The notes under the pieces: generated by a model | What the model saw: only the letters and a program-made list of their open reading frames with translations | Databases searched by the model: none | What the model was told of the DNA's origin: nothing | Made by a program: the position numbers and the translations under genes | NCBI GenBank assembly: GCA_965243205.1 | Contig: CBDEUK010000002.1 | Span: 672,001 to 736,000 of the forward strand | Source of the DNA: Gammaproteobacteria bacterium | Lineage (GTDB): Bacteria; Pseudomonadota; Gammaproteobacteria; Eutrophobiales; Eutrophobiaceae | Length of the DNA: 64,000 nucleotides | Direction of reading: 5' to 3' | Part shown: positions 62,227 to 64,000 of the stretch, in pieces | Numbering within the stretch: position 1 is the stretch's first letter | Layout: each line of letters starts with the position of its first letter

Positions 62227-64000
62227 TTAGAACTCTTCCCATTCATCATCACCACCAGCCGAAGCTACTTTCTTCGGTGCTGCACTTGGTGCTGGAGCTT
62301 GAGTTTGGTTAGTTGAAGGTGCGTTATTCCAAGGACGATTTTCAGAACGTCTCTCTTCGTTTTGAAAAGATTCATCATGAGACTCTAAACTAGCACCCGT
62401 TTCACCAACGTTAAATTGAGATACTAATCGGCTTAAACTTGTTGATTGTTCTGACATCGCTTGGCTAGCTGCTGCTGCCTCTTCAACCAATGCGGCGTTT
62501 TGTTGCGTCATGTTATCCATTTCACCAACCGCTTTATTGATTTGTTCAATACCAACGTATTGTTCTTCACCTGCTGCGGCAATTTCAGCAATGATATCGC
62601 TCACTTTCTTAACTGAATTAACAATCTCTTCTAGAGTTTGTCCAGACTCGTCCACTAATCTAGAACCTTCCTCTACTTTATCAACACTATCATTAATCAG
62701 AGTTTTAATTTCTTTTGCCGCCGCTGCACTGCGTTGTGCTAGGTTTCTAACTTCAGAAGCCACAACCGCAAAACCACGACCTTGTTCACCCGCACGTGCC
62801 GCTTCAACTGCAGCGTTTAATGCAAGCAAGTTAGTTTGGAAAGCTATCTCATCAATTACTCCGATAATATCGGCGATTTTCTTACTTGAAGTATTGATTT
62901 CACTCATCGCAGAGACTGCGTTATTAACAACACTGCCGCCTTTTTCTGCTGTTTCTCTAGCATTCGTTGCTAATTGATTGGCTTGTTTCGCATTATCGGC
63001 ATTTTGCTTAACGGTACCGGTCATTTCTTCAACAGTAGAAGCGGTTTCTTCTAATGCCGAAGCTTGTTGTTCCGTACGTGCGCTTAAGTCTGTATTGCCT
63101 TGTGCAATTTCTTTGGCTGATGAATTAATATTGCTCGAAGAATTACGGATGTTATTCACCATATCGAATAATTTTTCTGTCGAGGTATTAACTGCATCTT
63201 TCATCGTTGCAAACTGACCGTGATATTCACCATCCATAGATTGGGTTAAATCGCCTGATGCTAATGCTTCCATAACGCGTGTGCTTTCGTTTAATGGAGC
63301 AACTACCGATTCAATTAGAGAATTGATCGAATTTGCAAGTATTTTCATGAAACCTTCATAATTATCAGGATTCAATCTTTGTCCAAGATCACCCTTACCA
63401 GCCGCTTCAATCAAGTTAGCAATCGCACGTTCAGCTGTTTTCTGTTCGGTAATATCACGCCATTCAACCATGTTTCCAGCATAGTTACCTTCATCATCAA
63501 CAATAGCCGTCGCGTTTACAGAAAAATCTAATGGGCCTACTGTAATATCAGCTTTTGCTGGTAGTCTATTCATATCGGCCAATAAACGACGTTGATGTGA
63601 TGGGTCTTTATGAAATTGATCGATGTTTTGACCAACGAGATTATCGACATCTAAACCGCCCCAAATACTGCGTAATTCTGTTTGACGATTACGCAACATT
63701 TCAATAACAGCAGGATTTGCATAAGTAATATTTAAATCAGAATCACAAATCATAAGATTGGCTTCTGCACCATTAACAGCAGATTGTAAACGCGCTACCT
63801 CAACTTCTCTTTGACGAGCATCTGTCACGTCCTGCCATTCCAAGGTATTACCAATGTAATTACCATCCAAATCGATTTGTGCTGATACCGTTAACGAAAA
63901 CTTCAATCCATTGATTTCGATATCGGTTTGATATGGTAGGTTATTTGGATCGCTTAATAATTTGCGTTGATGTTCTGGGTTCTTATGGAACATATCAATA
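62227..64000 (-). CDS. Aer2-like soluble PAS-domain chemoreceptor (N-terminus beyond window end)
   Basis: Frame is open to the window edge. At least two PAS repeats with IDxFHKxPxHQR; signalling domain; C-terminal pentapeptide EWEEF. Confidence 0.88.
   Translation of the reverse strand, partial: IDMFHKNPEHQRKLLSDPNNLPYQTDIEINGLKFSLTVSAQIDLDGNYIGNTLEWQDVTDARQREVEVARLQSAVNGAEANLMICDSDLNITYANPAVIEMLRNRQTELRSIWGGLDVDNLVGQNIDQFHKDPSHQRRLLADMNRLPAKADITVGPLDFSVNATAIVDDEGNYAGNMVEWRDITEQKTAERAIANLIEAAGKGDLGQRLNPDNYEGFMKILANSINSLIESVVAPLNESTRVMEALASGDLTQSMDGEYHGQFATMKDAVNTSTEKLFDMVNNIRNSSSNINSSAKEIAQGNTDLSARTEQQASALEETASTVEEMTGTVKQNADNAKQANQLATNARETAEKGGSVVNNAVSAMSEINTSSKKIADIIGVIDEIAFQTNLLALNAAVEAARAGEQGRGFAVVASEVRNLAQRSAAAAKEIKTLINDSVDKVEEGSRLVDESGQTLEEIVNSVKKVSDIIAEIAAAGEEQYVGIEQINKAVGEMDNMTQQNAALVEEAAAASQAMSEQSTSLSRLVSQFNVGETGASLESHDESFQNEERRSENRPWNNAPSTNQTQAPAPSAAPKKVASAGGDDEWEEF

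Overview
AT-rich bacterial chromosomal DNA, gammaproteobacterial by gene content and order (ribF-murJ-rpsT-proB-obgE-rpmA-rplU-ispB) and probably marine (NhaD antiporter). Five blocks are present. (1) 1-9.4 kb: housekeeping genes, with a VPLPA-CTERM surface protein inserted between murJ and rpsT. (2) 9.5-36.7 kb: a Wzx/Wzy exopolysaccharide/glycosylation locus coupled to a PEP-CTERM-type sorting system (exosortase-EpsI fusion, TPR lipoprotein, ExeA-like ATPase, TIGR03790-like protein, OPX plus separate beta-barrel). It also holds GDP-fucose genes, acetyl/methyl modifiers and an unexpected GH56 hyaluronidase-like hydrolase. (3) 37.1-44.2 kb: a divergently transcribed type II secretion core (gspCDEF, gspLM; no pseudopilins), with Pho-box and Fur-box matches in the shared intergenic region. 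(4) 44.4-52.3 kb: a hopanoid cluster (hpnO, single-enzyme squalene synthase, shc, hpnG, hpnN), followed by a candidate ~300-nt CsrB/Rsm-type sRNA and nhaD. (5) 54.5-64 kb: a chemosensory cluster (Aer2-like PAS receptor, ParA, STAS, CheR/D/B) with a sigma-28 promoter driving an MCP / STAS / REC-PP2C-kinase module. No rRNA, tRNA, CRISPR array or transposase was seen. All calls come from reading motifs by eye; no database searches were run.
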